Positions 25,640 to 35,531 of a DNA stretch of 64,000 nt are shown here, piece after piece. The DNA is taken from the UHGV virus genome UHGV-0245395. One strand, written 5' to 3'. Source of the stretch: a virus. The number at the start of each line of letters is the position of its first letter. The first letter of the stretch is position 1. A model generated the notes under the pieces. The model did not search any database. It was not told the origin of the DNA and worked only from the letters and a program-made list of their open reading frames with translations. Made by a program: the position numbers and the translations under genes.

Positions 25640-27211
25640 ATGTTTGAAGAATTTTTGGATATATTGGAGAAGGCGAAGGGAGCCACGATAGGCGAGGAGC
25701 GAACTTGGGGAGGAAAGGTCTATGTTAAAACGGTAAAGGGTTGGAGGCCTAAATCGAAAGGTGGGAAATCCTCCAAACAAGAAGACCAACAGGGGGAGAA
25801 AACATCTCCGAAAGAAGAACCGTCTTCACAAGATAAGAAAGCCGTGTTGGAGGAATACGCGGCCAACGCGACCGACGAACAACTGGAGGCCGCCATGAAG
25901 AAGCCCGGGCAATCGCCCGAGGTAAAGCAGATAGCTCAACAGGAGTTGGAATCCCGGGGTAAAGAGGCGGAAGAAGAGGTTGACGAGGTGGCGGATTCGC
26001 TCAAAAAACTCATCGCCAGCGGCGCGTTGGAGGATATACTGGTGGCCCAGCTAAAGGACGCTTTACGCGAGCATGAGAAGAAGAAGGAAGCCGAGAAGAA
26101 GAAAAAAGAAGAACCGGTTGACGAGAAGTTGGAAGCTTTCCAAAAAGAGATGACCGAGCGTCTGGATAAGATCGAACAAGAAATCGGTCATAAACGGATC
26201 AAGAAAACGGGATTGATGGTGGATGGGAAGAAAATCTTCATCACCATGAAGGGTGATCGGTATGAGGCGAAAAGAAGTGGGGAAACTCTTACTTCCGAAC
26301 CGAATGAATCACTTGCTAGTTTCAAGGATAAGGTGAGAAAGAAATGGGAAGGTAAACTGGGTGGTGAAGGGGTGAAGAGCACCGAAGGGAAAGGTGATAC
26401 TCTACCTGAAACTCCGGCTATTAGTACCGCTGTCGATAAGATGAAGGAAACGATAAAATCATCCCATATAATTAAGGGTGGTTTATATAATACCGTTTTG
26501 AAGGGTGATGATATGGAGGCTGTACGTGAAAGTGGTGGGGCGAAGGGATATCAATTACAGGCGAATGCTGCGTTAATCGCTCGAGGATCATTACCTGTTA
26601 TGTGCCCGTTTTTATTCACTAATTACGGTGGTGAATCTTATGATTGCTATGATCAGTATTTCATGACCCCTGAAGATGCCGTCAAGAAATATAAAAAGAA
26701 TTTTAGGCCGGATGATGAAGAATTATCGGACGATGAAGAAGATGCCATGATTGGATATTCTGATGGATGGGATCGTCATATAAGGGCATTTAATACCATG
26801 TCGAAGAAGGATTTCGATGTGTATAAAAAAGAGCGCGGGTTGGTACCATGGGAATTAGATAAGATTAAAGATCACACGAAAGCACTTGAGTCGTATTTAA
26901 AAAAGAATCGCTTGGAAGGGAATATGATTCTCAGCCGGAGAATGCGATTTAAGAGCGAGGAAGAGAATCCATTCTTAAAGATGAAGAAGGGTGATACTTT
27001 TACAGATAAATCATTCGGATCATTTTCTCTTCAACAACAAACAGGATTTGGAAATAGTATGCAGATTACATTACTGGCGAAGAAGGGCCAGCAGGTAAAT
27101 GCAATACGAGGGTCATATCCTGAGGAGATGGAGTTCTTGACTCAGAAGAACACTAAATTCAGGGTTCTTGAAGTGGGAACACGGTCAATTGCGGTGGAAA
27201 TAGTTGATTAA
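25640..27211 (+). CDS. Tagged protein 4 with C-terminal ADP-ribosyltransferase (VIP2/Alt-like)
   Basis: LEKA then IGEERTWGGKVYVKTVKGWRP; C-terminal ILSRR, FTDKSFGSFS, PEEMEFL fit the R-S-ExE motifs. Confidence 0.8.
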   Translation: MFEEFLDILEKAKGATIGEERTWGGKVYVKTVKGWRPKSKGGKSSKQEDQQGEKTSPKEEPSSQDKKAVLEEYAANATDEQLEAAMKKPGQSPEVKQIAQQELESRGKEAEEEVDEVADSLKKLIASGALEDILVAQLKDALREHEKKKEAEKKKKEEPVDEKLEAFQKEMTERLDKIEQEIGHKRIKKTGLMVDGKKIFITMKGDRYEAKRSGETLTSEPNESLASFKDKVRKKWEGKLGGEGVKSTEGKGDTLPETPAISTAVDKMKETIKSSHIIKGGLYNTVLKGDDMEAVRESGGAKGYQLQANAALIARGSLPVMCPFLFTNYGGESYDCYDQYFMTPEDAVKKYKKNFRPDDEELSDDEEDAMIGYSDGWDRHIRAFNTMSKKDFDVYKKERGLVPWELDKIKDHTKALESYLKKNRLEGNMILSRRMRFKSEEENPFLKMKKGDTFTDKSFGSFSLQQQTGFGNSMQITLLAKKGQQVNAIRGSYPEEMEFLTQKNTKFRVLEVGTRSIAVEIVD

Positions 27212-27257
27212 TCAAGAATTTATTTGTACCTTTATAGTGAATAAATATACATAAGCA

Positions 27258-27443
27258 ATGGAAGATAAAAAAAGAAGAACCATTCAAGATAGAATGGATG
27301 ATTATGAAGGGTTTGAATTCGATTTTTCATCTAATGAAAAAGATGAAAAAGGAGATGATGATTCGTTCTTGGTTGGGGCGATAGATAAGATAACCAAGGG
27401 CGTTGAAGAGCTTGAGGACGAAGACACCGAAAAGCGGGATTAG
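27258..27443 (+). CDS. Small acidic protein
   Basis: D/E-rich 61 aa; TACCTTTA promoter-like box at about 27226. Confidence 0.6.
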   Translation: MEDKKRRTIQDRMDDYEGFEFDFSSNEKDEKGDDDSFLVGAIDKITKGVEELEDEDTEKRD

Positions 27444-27460
27444 AAGTAAAGAAAGTTTAA

Positions 27461-28480
27461 ATGCAAATTTTCACATACAAGAAAGAGGGTTTTGCAAACT
27501 TAAACATATATGTGGATCGCGTGAACGATCAAGGCCTGTTCTTCATGTGCGATTTTCAAAGTGCATCCATGAAGGAATGGGTTATGGACGGTTTTGATTG
27601 GGAACTTGGCGCTAGGACGTTTGAGCAGATGGAGGAGATGGGAGCGAAACTTGGTGCCGAATTGCATATATTTGAAAACGGAGTCGAGGTGTTACCCAGT
27701 GAAGAACCTGTTGAACCGATAGAGGTAACAGTGAAACCCACGTATCGTGAATCGGATCCTCAATCGGAGAATCCGGGTGATTTCATTGAAGGAGAAAACG
27801 GTGGAACGGTTGAGATCGTTGAAAATGAGGAATCCGAAAACGAATACACAATCACAGCCACGCCTAAGGTGAGTTATAGCAAAAAAGGTGGTTGGGATTT
27901 CCTTGGGTGGTATGATGAGAAGGGAAATTTATTTTCAACTGAATTATCATATACATTCGTAGCTGAAAGATCGGTTATCTTGTCAGCTAGATTCCAGAAA
28001 AAGTGGTTTACACAAACATGGAAAAAGAACGCTAACGTTAAATCATTAACTTTTGAAGGTCCGATAAGAGTTCCTTATTATTCAGATGATGTTAATACGA
28101 TGACATTACTTGATGATACCGATCAGTACGCCTATTCAGTTGATGGATGGTATGCACAGAATGGAGGTAAGATGTCGTCGAATCCTTCATATTCAGCACC
28201 TGCCGCAGCCAATACATCATTCGAGGCTCGTGGCAAAGCAACCCTTAAAAAATATACAATAACAGTATTATCAAAAGATGAGGTAATGGGATCCGTTTCT
28301 GGCGGCGGATCATTTGATTACGGGACAACCATTGAAATAATGGCCACACCGATTGAAGGTTATAGTTTTGTGGGTTGGTATGAGGATGATGCCCTCATTT
28401 CAGATACAGTTGCATATAGTTTCACTGTAACACGGGCGAGAACATTTGAAGCGAGATTTGAGGTGAATCCGACAACTTAA
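27461..28480 (+). CDS. Virion protein with InlB B-repeat / Flg_new-like Ig repeats
   Basis: Three repeats with FLGWY, VDGWY, FVGWY and L.ARF; ATPIEGYSFVGW. Confidence 0.75.
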   Translation: MQIFTYKKEGFANLNIYVDRVNDQGLFFMCDFQSASMKEWVMDGFDWELGARTFEQMEEMGAKLGAELHIFENGVEVLPSEEPVEPIEVTVKPTYRESDPQSENPGDFIEGENGGTVEIVENEESENEYTITATPKVSYSKKGGWDFLGWYDEKGNLFSTELSYTFVAERSVILSARFQKKWFTQTWKKNANVKSLTFEGPIRVPYYSDDVNTMTLLDDTDQYAYSVDGWYAQNGGKMSSNPSYSAPAAANTSFEARGKATLKKYTITVLSKDEVMGSVSGGGSFDYGTTIEIMATPIEGYSFVGWYEDDALISDTVAYSFTVTRARTFEARFEVNPTT

Positions 28481-28493
28481 TTACAGAAAAAAT

Positions 28494-29288
28494 ATGTATA
28501 CAGATAATAGATTTAATTTTTGGGTTCCTGTTGATATCATGAAGGCGAAGTCATCAACGAAGGAGAAGGATGACGATTCGAAATATGACAACATGGTATT
28601 TGAAGGAATGGCCAGTGACGCGAGCGAGGATGATGAAGGGGAATCCATGAACCCAAACGGATTCATCCTAGATAGATTCCTAAAAACAGGGCTCTTAAAT
28701 CTTGATCACCTTACATCAAGGGCGAAAGAAAATAAATCTCGGTTTTGGATCGGGGAACCTATTGATGCGTGGGTGAAAGATAATAAGTTTTACGTGAAGG
28801 GTAAACTTTGGAAGAAATCACCTGAGGCCCGTGCTTTCTGGGATAAATGTTTACAGATGGCGGAATCGGGGTCAACACGAAAGCCGGGAATGTCTATTGA
28901 AGGTAAGGTGCTTGAAAGGGATAAGAAGAATCCTAGAAGGGTAACCAAGGCGTTAATCACTAACGTTGCCATGACCTTCCAGCCAGTAAATACGAATTCA
29001 TTTTTTGATATAGTGAAGGGCCGCCAATCCCAGGATTATATCGATTATGAGTTCAAAACGGACAAGGACTTTGACGAGAACGATAAGATCATTTTGGAGT
29101 GGGAAAATGAACGGGGCGATCTTATGATGATCGATACGAAGTTCAAGATTAAGTTTAAGAAGAAACCCTCGTACGATGTGAAAAAGATCGAGGAAATCCA
29201 CAAAGCATATAAAAATGGGAAGATTTCTCAGAAAGTTTACGACAGTTTTGTCAAAAAAATCGAGAAAAATTTTCGTTTGTCAATTTAA
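28494..29288 (+). CDS. Prohead protease
   Basis: FEGMAS...DDEGE, NLDH, GMSIEG, VAMT..PVN; upstream of scaffold and capsid. Confidence 0.85.
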   Translation: MYTDNRFNFWVPVDIMKAKSSTKEKDDDSKYDNMVFEGMASDASEDDEGESMNPNGFILDRFLKTGLLNLDHLTSRAKENKSRFWIGEPIDAWVKDNKFYVKGKLWKKSPEARAFWDKCLQMAESGSTRKPGMSIEGKVLERDKKNPRRVTKALITNVAMTFQPVNTNSFFDIVKGRQSQDYIDYEFKTDKDFDENDKIILEWENERGDLMMIDTKFKIKFKKKPSYDVKKIEEIHKAYKNGKISQKVYDSFVKKIEKNFRLSI

Positions 29289-29336
29289 TTCTTTATTTTT
29301 ATCGCACGAATAATTTAGAAACTAAATATCAAAGAA

Positions 29337-30092
29337 ATGAAACCTATCACAAATGAAATAGTTCAGGAACTAGAAAAGAGAGGTCTTTCTTTAGATCAAT
29401 ACACCGGTGATTCAGTGGTGAAAGCTCTGTTAGATGCCGACTTTGAGCATGACTTTATCTTGAAGAGTATTGATAACGGAGAGATTGAAACTTTGAATAA
29501 ATCAAAGTACACGGTGGCAGAAGAAACCCGTTATGACGAAAAGAAAGCCGGTGAGCATGAACGTCGTGACTGGGAAGAGGGAAAGAAAGCAGGGGAGAAA
29601 GAAGAGAAGAAAAAAATCGAGGACGAGGATGACGACGAAGAGCTTGAGAAAAAGAAAAAGGACAAAAAAGATAAGGAAGACATGGAAAAAGCGATGACCG
29701 CTGATTTCATGAAATCACAACGTCAATTCTTCACCGAGTTCTCTGATTTCATGGAAGATATGAAGGAAATGAAATCTATCATGAAATCAATGCAAGAGGA
29801 CATCCAAGCCGTGAAGGGCCAACCGATGCCTTTCCGCAATGTTCCATCAGGAGCCGTACTGGAAAAATCCATGGGTGTTAAAACAACGGAGGCTGGAAAG
29901 CGTGTCCTTTCAAAATCAATGCACCGCGAACCGATTAAAAGAATCATGACTGAGTGCTTTGAAAAGATGGAGGATAGTGACCTTAAAAAATCACTGGCAA
30001 GCGACATCATGTCTTTCTCTGCCGGAAGCATGAATTTGTCAGGAATGACCATCGATTACCTGAACAAACAAGGTATCGAGATCGCTGAGTAA
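29337..30092 (+). CDS. Scaffold-like head protein
   Basis: Highly charged, many xxK|S/A motifs, between protease and capsid. Confidence 0.7.
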   Translation: MKPITNEIVQELEKRGLSLDQYTGDSVVKALLDADFEHDFILKSIDNGEIETLNKSKYTVAEETRYDEKKAGEHERRDWEEGKKAGEKEEKKKIEDEDDDEELEKKKKDKKDKEDMEKAMTADFMKSQRQFFTEFSDFMEDMKEMKSIMKSMQEDIQAVKGQPMPFRNVPSGAVLEKSMGVKTTEAGKRVLSKSMHREPIKRIMTECFEKMEDSDLKKSLASDIMSFSAGSMNLSGMTIDYLNKQGIEIAE

Positions 30093-30123
30093 TCAATTTG
30101 AATCAGAATAAAAAATAAATAAA

Positions 30124-31647
30124 ATGTTGGGCGAACAATTTAACTTTACAGGAGCTACCCCGGGAATCGATAGAGGGGATATCCTGACCGCAGACATATT
30201 GAAGGCAATGGAAGCCGGTTTGATGACCGGTATGCAATACGCCAACACGTTGAATAACGGTGGGGGCTTGAAGGTTGAATCATTGGATGGTGTGATCAAG
30301 GTATTGGAATATACCGAGAAACAACTTATTTTCTGGAAGAACATCGGAAAGAAAAAAATCTATAACACCGTTCACCAGTACAACCAATTAGTGAAATACG
30401 GTAACAATATCGGTATCGCTAACTTGGAAGGTGAAACTCCTCAATTCACGGACTCACAATACAGACGGAAACCGATCGTAACCAAGTTCCTTGGTGTCAG
30501 CGGTCAGGTAACTCATCCGGCTACATTGGTTCGTATCGCCGCTGAAGGTGATGACATGTTCGAGTTGGAGGTACGCAACAAAACTTTGTTGTTGTTACAA
30601 GAGCTGAATAAGGCTTTGACTAACTTTAACAGCGATTGTATCGAGGAACAGTTCTCCGGTATCTGGCAACAACACGTTGAAGGTATTTTGGATATCTACG
30701 GCGGTATGAGTGGTAAAACATCTGAGAACATCTTAGATACTTATTACGCTGACCCAGCCGTGGTTGACGCTGACGGAGGAATCTTAACCGATTTCTTATT
30801 CCAAGAAGCAACTAACACGATCGTTAACTTACGTTACGGTTTCGCTGACAAGATCCTTGCTAACCCGATTGTATTCACCGACTACACCAACGATCATACC
30901 GCTAACAAGGTGTTGAACGTTAACGGGGTTGCCGGAAACATGATGGGAGCTCGCGTTGGATTGCAAGTTACAAGTACCGCGACTCAGTTCGGTGATATCG
31001 ATTTCATGGCAGATCCATTCTTCGATGTTAAACCGGCTCGCTTGTATACCTCGCTTGCTACCGACGATAAGGCACCTGCCGCTCCTGTTGCTGACACAAC
31101 TACCCCTGTTGCTGTTGTTGACGTGGATACCAAAACCCGTTTCACTAACCACGCTGGAACTTATCTGTACGCTGTTGCAGCTAAGAACCGCTATGGTGAA
31201 TCAGCTTTGACCCGCTTGAATACAACCGCACAAGCTGTTACCGCACAGCAATCAGTGGATTTGAAATTTACAGCCGCCGTTAACACGACCTATCCGACGC
31301 AAGCGTTCGTGATTTATCGTACCGAGGCTGATCCGGCAAACGCCGCTACCGCACAATACTATCCGATCTTCGAGATCCCGGTAAGTATGCTGGCAAGTGG
31401 TTATGACGGTGCCGCCGCAAATGCTGTTCGCGATAGAAACCGTTCAATCGCAGGTACGCACTCAGCGTTGGTGTTCAAGAACGACGCGGCCTTGATCCAA
31501 TACTTGCAGTTAGCTGACACCATGAAGATGGAATACGCTATCACATCTCCGAGTAGGCGGTTCTCAATCTTGAACTACGGTACACCTGTGCTGTACGCTC
31601 CGGGAAAATTCGTGAGAATCTGCAATATCGGACGTCCGAAAGCCTAG
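30124..31647 (+). CDS. Major capsid protein
   Basis: DILK|A...GGGLKVESLD, NTVHQY, SQYRRK, LYAPGKFVRICNI resemble SPO1/Twort-like capsids. Confidence 0.9.
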   Translation: MLGEQFNFTGATPGIDRGDILTADILKAMEAGLMTGMQYANTLNNGGGLKVESLDGVIKVLEYTEKQLIFWKNIGKKKIYNTVHQYNQLVKYGNNIGIANLEGETPQFTDSQYRRKPIVTKFLGVSGQVTHPATLVRIAAEGDDMFELEVRNKTLLLLQELNKALTNFNSDCIEEQFSGIWQQHVEGILDIYGGMSGKTSENILDTYYADPAVVDADGGILTDFLFQEATNTIVNLRYGFADKILANPIVFTDYTNDHTANKVLNVNGVAGNMMGARVGLQVTSTATQFGDIDFMADPFFDVKPARLYTSLATDDKAPAAPVADTTTPVAVVDVDTKTRFTNHAGTYLYAVAAKNRYGESALTRLNTTAQAVTAQQSVDLKFTAAVNTTYPTQAFVIYRTEADPANAATAQYYPIFEIPVSMLASGYDGAAANAVRDRNRSIAGTHSALVFKNDAALIQYLQLADTMKMEYAITSPSRRFSILNYGTPVLYAPGKFVRICNIGRPKA

Positions 31648-31682
31648 TTTTTTAAATTAATAATAGGTTATATTGGCAATGA

Positions 31683-31714
31683 AAAAGAGAGATCTGAATG
31701 GGCCTCTCTTTTCT
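31683..31714 (+). terminator. Terminator after capsid gene
   Basis: AAAAGAGAG...CTCTCTTTT. Confidence 0.65.
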
Positions 31715-31790
31715 TGTTATTTTATTTTTGATAGAAGAAAAAAATTCTTATCTTTATATCGCAAACTGTATTAATATAAATCGATTTAAT

Positions 31791-32351
31791 ATGAAATTAG
31801 AATCCAATAAATACAATGGACGTACCATTTCGATTTTCGGAGAAGAAATCACATTCAAGGCAGGTGTTGCCGAAGTATCCGATGAATTAGGTGAGAGAAT
31901 TTTGGCATCGAATTTCCCGAACATTTACGCTGAAGGAAAAACTCCGGTGGCAAAAAGTAAGAATGAAATGCTGTTAGAAGGAGAGTTAACCGCTCGTGAA
32001 CAGATCGCGAAAGAGGAGATCAATCGGTTGAAATCCATCAATCTGACAGCGGAGAAGAAAATCGTCGCACTTCAACAGGAGATCACTTCATGGAAGGAAA
32101 TTGTTGAAAAGATGAAAGTTTATACCGACCCCTCTACCCTGAAGGATATCATGAATGGTAATGTGGAAGATAAACCGGCTGAAAACGGGGAACCCACACC
32201 GGAGGAGATTCGGAAAGAATTATCCGAGAAGAAAAAGGATGAACTTGTGGCGATGGCGAAGGAACTTGAATTTACCGACGAGCAATTGATGGAAGACGGT
32301 AAATTGAAAACGAAGGATGCGATCATTGAATTGTTAATGTCAGCACGATAA
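31791..32351 (+). CDS. Protein with C-terminal Rho-N/HeH-like motif
   Basis: LSEKKKDELVAMAKEL...KTKDAIIELL; ATG at 31791 after TATCTTTA. Confidence 0.6.
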   Translation: MKLESNKYNGRTISIFGEEITFKAGVAEVSDELGERILASNFPNIYAEGKTPVAKSKNEMLLEGELTAREQIAKEEINRLKSINLTAEKKIVALQQEITSWKEIVEKMKVYTDPSTLKDIMNGNVEDKPAENGEPTPEEIRKELSEKKKDELVAMAKELEFTDEQLMEDGKLKTKDAIIELLMSAR

Positions 32352-33148
32352 TGCAATTAACTTTATCCATAAAATATAAGAAGAATACTGGGTTATTATT
32401 CTCACCCGCTGAGATAATAACCTTGTATTTATACGGCATTGAAATCAACGCCACGAATGGCACCAAGTTCTCTGATGAAGCCTTCACCTATTATGTGAGG
32501 GAAGCTCAGAAAACAGTTGAAAATTGGTTTTCCATTAAGATCATCAAACAATTGATCACGGAGTCGTCTTCTTATTACTGGGATAGTTATAACAATCAAT
32601 TTCCTATTATAAGCACGAAATATATCGTTCAGAAACCCCTTGCGTTAATCGGGTTATTGAAAACGATAGAACAGGTGCGTTACCCAGTTGAATGGTTATC
32701 CTACGCGAAAGACCCGGATCATATCGGGGGTAGGCGTATCAGCATAGTTCCGACAGGATCAGGTGGTCTGGCGGCGAATCAGGATGTCATCCTCACCGGT
32801 ATTGTTACACAGTTGGGGATACAGAGGTTTAGAAATATACCTGATTATTGGAATTATCAATACATCACGGGGTTTGATTTGGATAACCTACCGTGGGATT
32901 TGATAGGAATTGTCGGCAAACTGGCAACTTTCGGGCCTTTGAATATCGCGGGTGATTTGATACTGGGTACAGCCGGGATAGCGAGCCAGAGTCTTTCTAT
33001 TGATGGACTAAGCCAGTCGATCTCAACGACAGCGTCAGCGACGTCAGCCGGATACAACGCTCGGTTGATTAATTACGCGAAGGAGATCGATGAAACGGTG
33101 AAAAGAATCAGTGGGATTTATAAAGGATTGCAATTCGAAGTATTATGA
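32351..33148 (+). CDS. Head-tail adaptor / neck protein
   Basis: GIASQSLSIDGLSQSISTTASA motif and synteny. Confidence 0.75.
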   Translation: MQLTLSIKYKKNTGLLFSPAEIITLYLYGIEINATNGTKFSDEAFTYYVREAQKTVENWFSIKIIKQLITESSSYYWDSYNNQFPIISTKYIVQKPLALIGLLKTIEQVRYPVEWLSYAKDPDHIGGRRISIVPTGSGGLAANQDVILTGIVTQLGIQRFRNIPDYWNYQYITGFDLDNLPWDLIGIVGKLATFGPLNIAGDLILGTAGIASQSLSIDGLSQSISTTASATSAGYNARLINYAKEIDETVKRISGIYKGLQFEVL

Positions 33149-33900
33149 CAACGTACAAGTTACAGCAATCTCCTAACACAACCGGTTACCCTTCTCCCGA
33201 ATTTGATAAGGGTGCCTTTGATGCCGCGATCACGCAAAAAGGGTATAAGATATACCAAGAAAGAGCGATCGCGTGTCCTTGTGGAATCGATGCTGGACAT
33301 CCAAATCCTTCATGCCCGCATTGTGGTGGAACTGGGTACTATTACATAGATCCAACCGAGGTTATCTGTTTAATCACGGGTGTTAATGTGAATACCAAGT
33401 ACAAGGAATGGACAATGGATAACGCGGGAACGATCGCTGTATCAACATATGATGAAGGTTTGAATTTTGCTTTTTTTGACAAACTAACTTTCAAGGAAAA
33501 ATTCGGATTATTCACGGAGAATCGAGTTGTTAGAACCTTCAATAATGAACCTTTTATCTGGCTTACATTCAAACCGTACAAAATATATCAGATCACGATG
33601 ATTCAGGGGTTTGATATAGTAACCGTTGATCCCACGCTCTATTCGGTTGGGTATGATGGGAATGAGTATGTGGTATTTTTCAGCCCTGATGCGGGAGTTA
33701 CTGAAAAGACCATTGTTTCCGTGTATTACAAGCATTACGTGCAATACAACGTTATTGATCTACCGCACGAGATAAGAGCGAGCAATAAAACGGACGAAAA
33801 CGGGAATTTGGAGAAAATAGACTTGCCAGTGCAAGCGATAGCCAGAAGGGCGAACTACGTCGTGAATGAATCGAACCAAGAATTAAGAGCGACAACATGA
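33145..33900 (+). CDS. Neck protein with zinc finger
   Basis: CPC...CPHCGGTG and synteny. Confidence 0.7.
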   Translation: MTTYKLQQSPNTTGYPSPEFDKGAFDAAITQKGYKIYQERAIACPCGIDAGHPNPSCPHCGGTGYYYIDPTEVICLITGVNVNTKYKEWTMDNAGTIAVSTYDEGLNFAFFDKLTFKEKFGLFTENRVVRTFNNEPFIWLTFKPYKIYQITMIQGFDIVTVDPTLYSVGYDGNEYVVFFSPDAGVTEKTIVSVYYKHYVQYNVIDLPHEIRASNKTDENGNLEKIDLPVQAIARRANYVVNESNQELRATT

Positions 33901-34673
33901 TACCACCGATACCGATATATGTTGATTTGAGCGAGGTAGGTGCGGCACTTTCCTTGACGGCGGATAGGATGTCCGCGTTGTCATCTTTCGTGCTCGATAA
34001 CCTAGTTCAAAGGTATTCGGAGGAATGGACCGCCGTGGTGAATAAGAATTTGAAGGCGACGCGACTCGATTACCTTCGTGCGATGTCTTTTGACAGGGTG
34101 TCTTCGAATGAAGCGGTGTTCACCCTGAATTACTCAAAGGGAAATCCGGTTCCTCTAATGTTGGAGGTTGGTCATGAACCTTTTGATGAGAAGGTGGGAT
34201 TTAGCTTGTCACCGAAGAGAAAGATAAAGAAAGGTGGCGGCTGGTATATGACGATACCGTTCCGGTACGCATCGAGTGAGGCTTTGGCGGAATCGGGTGC
34301 GTTTGCCGGGATACTACCTAAGAAAATAGAGGCGATGGCGAAACAGGCCTCAGCACCTCTTCGACAGAAAGACCTACCTAAACCTTTTGATTCAACAGGG
34401 CAGCGTGCCGTGATTGATAGGATGAATAAAAGGGTGGAAGAATACAAACATAAGGTATCAATTTATGCCGGGTTGGTTCGAAAGGATATATCATCGACGA
34501 ACAAGGAGAATCGGGGCGGATATTTTGTATTTAGAAGGGTGAGTGATAAGAGCGATCCTATGTCTTGGTGGAACAAGGGATTTGAAAAACATGATTTCAT
34601 GGGAAAGGCTCTTGCTAACATGGATATACAAACGACGGTCGCCCGTGCGATCGATAATTTTTTCGGGTTATGA
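33897..34673 (+). CDS. Neck / head completion protein
   Basis: YMTIPFR and FRRVSDKSDPMSW motifs; synteny. Confidence 0.7.
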   Translation: MIPPIPIYVDLSEVGAALSLTADRMSALSSFVLDNLVQRYSEEWTAVVNKNLKATRLDYLRAMSFDRVSSNEAVFTLNYSKGNPVPLMLEVGHEPFDEKVGFSLSPKRKIKKGGGWYMTIPFRYASSEALAESGAFAGILPKKIEAMAKQASAPLRQKDLPKPFDSTGQRAVIDRMNKRVEEYKHKVSIYAGLVRKDISSTNKENRGGYFVFRRVSDKSDPMSWWNKGFEKHDFMGKALANMDIQTTVARAIDNFFGL

Positions 34674-35350
34674 TCAGTCCTCTTTATAGTTTAAGGGCAA
34701 CAGTTGAAGCGTTGCTAGATTGGGTTAAAAAAGACTTCAATTCATTTCCTGATGAACAGGATACTTGGTTATATCAGTTCACTCATTACGGTGAATTTGA
34801 ATCCGACGTGGATAGATTTTACAAGCTGGCGAAGGATATCTTCCTAAGAACGGACGCGTCACGAAACATGTTAACCGTGGCCCTTGAATTTCCGAAAGAT
34901 ACAACATTATTACCTGTTATCGTGCTCAGGGAACCGTCGAGGGTTGACGGTGATACAAATATAATCGGAGCTACCACCGCCGAACTGGCTCAATCACCTA
35001 ACGGAGCTCAGATGCAGGTATTCAGGGATTCCAAGCGTTTCAATTACGATTTTATGTGCGTGGGATTGAACTACGAGGAAACGCTTGTAATCTCTGATAC
35101 GTTATACGGGTTATTCGTGGCTGCGTATAACACGTTTGCCAGGAGCTATGAAAAGGTCGCGTTCTCACTTCGTGAAATTTTGGTTAACCCAGAATTCAAC
35201 CCGTATCCCGTTTTCATTAGGACCGTGGGATTGGACCTCCAGAGATCGAACTTCATACCTTCTATTGAAAGAAAGGATTACTTGGATAGCATTCAGTTTC
35301 AATATCAAATAATGACAAAAGATGGCAAAGAAACAACAGGCGAAGGTTGA
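34670..35350 (+). CDS. Tail completion / terminator-like protein
   Basis: Position before sheath. Confidence 0.55.
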   Translation: MISPLYSLRATVEALLDWVKKDFNSFPDEQDTWLYQFTHYGEFESDVDRFYKLAKDIFLRTDASRNMLTVALEFPKDTTLLPVIVLREPSRVDGDTNIIGATTAELAQSPNGAQMQVFRDSKRFNYDFMCVGLNYEETLVISDTLYGLFVAAYNTFARSYEKVAFSLREILVNPEFNPYPVFIRTVGLDLQRSNFIPSIERKDYLDSIQFQYQIMTKDGKETTGEG

Positions 35351-35531
35351 GGAACCCATACAGGTTCCCACCGAGGAAACTTATAATTTATTTCAGGCTT
35401 GCAATATTTTCAGGATTACCGGAACGCAACGTCAGGCGATTTACATGATGGTTCCCGTTTCAACAAGGAAGACAAAGCAAGAATGGGAAGAATTTTTGAC
35501 AAAAAACAGGTTTAGCTTTCATAATTGCTAA
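35322..35531 (+). CDS. Small hypothetical protein
   Basis: 69 aa before the sheath promoter. Confidence 0.6.
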   Translation: MAKKQQAKVEEPIQVPTEETYNLFQACNIFRITGTQRQAIYMMVPVSTRKTKQEWEEFLTKNRFSFHNC

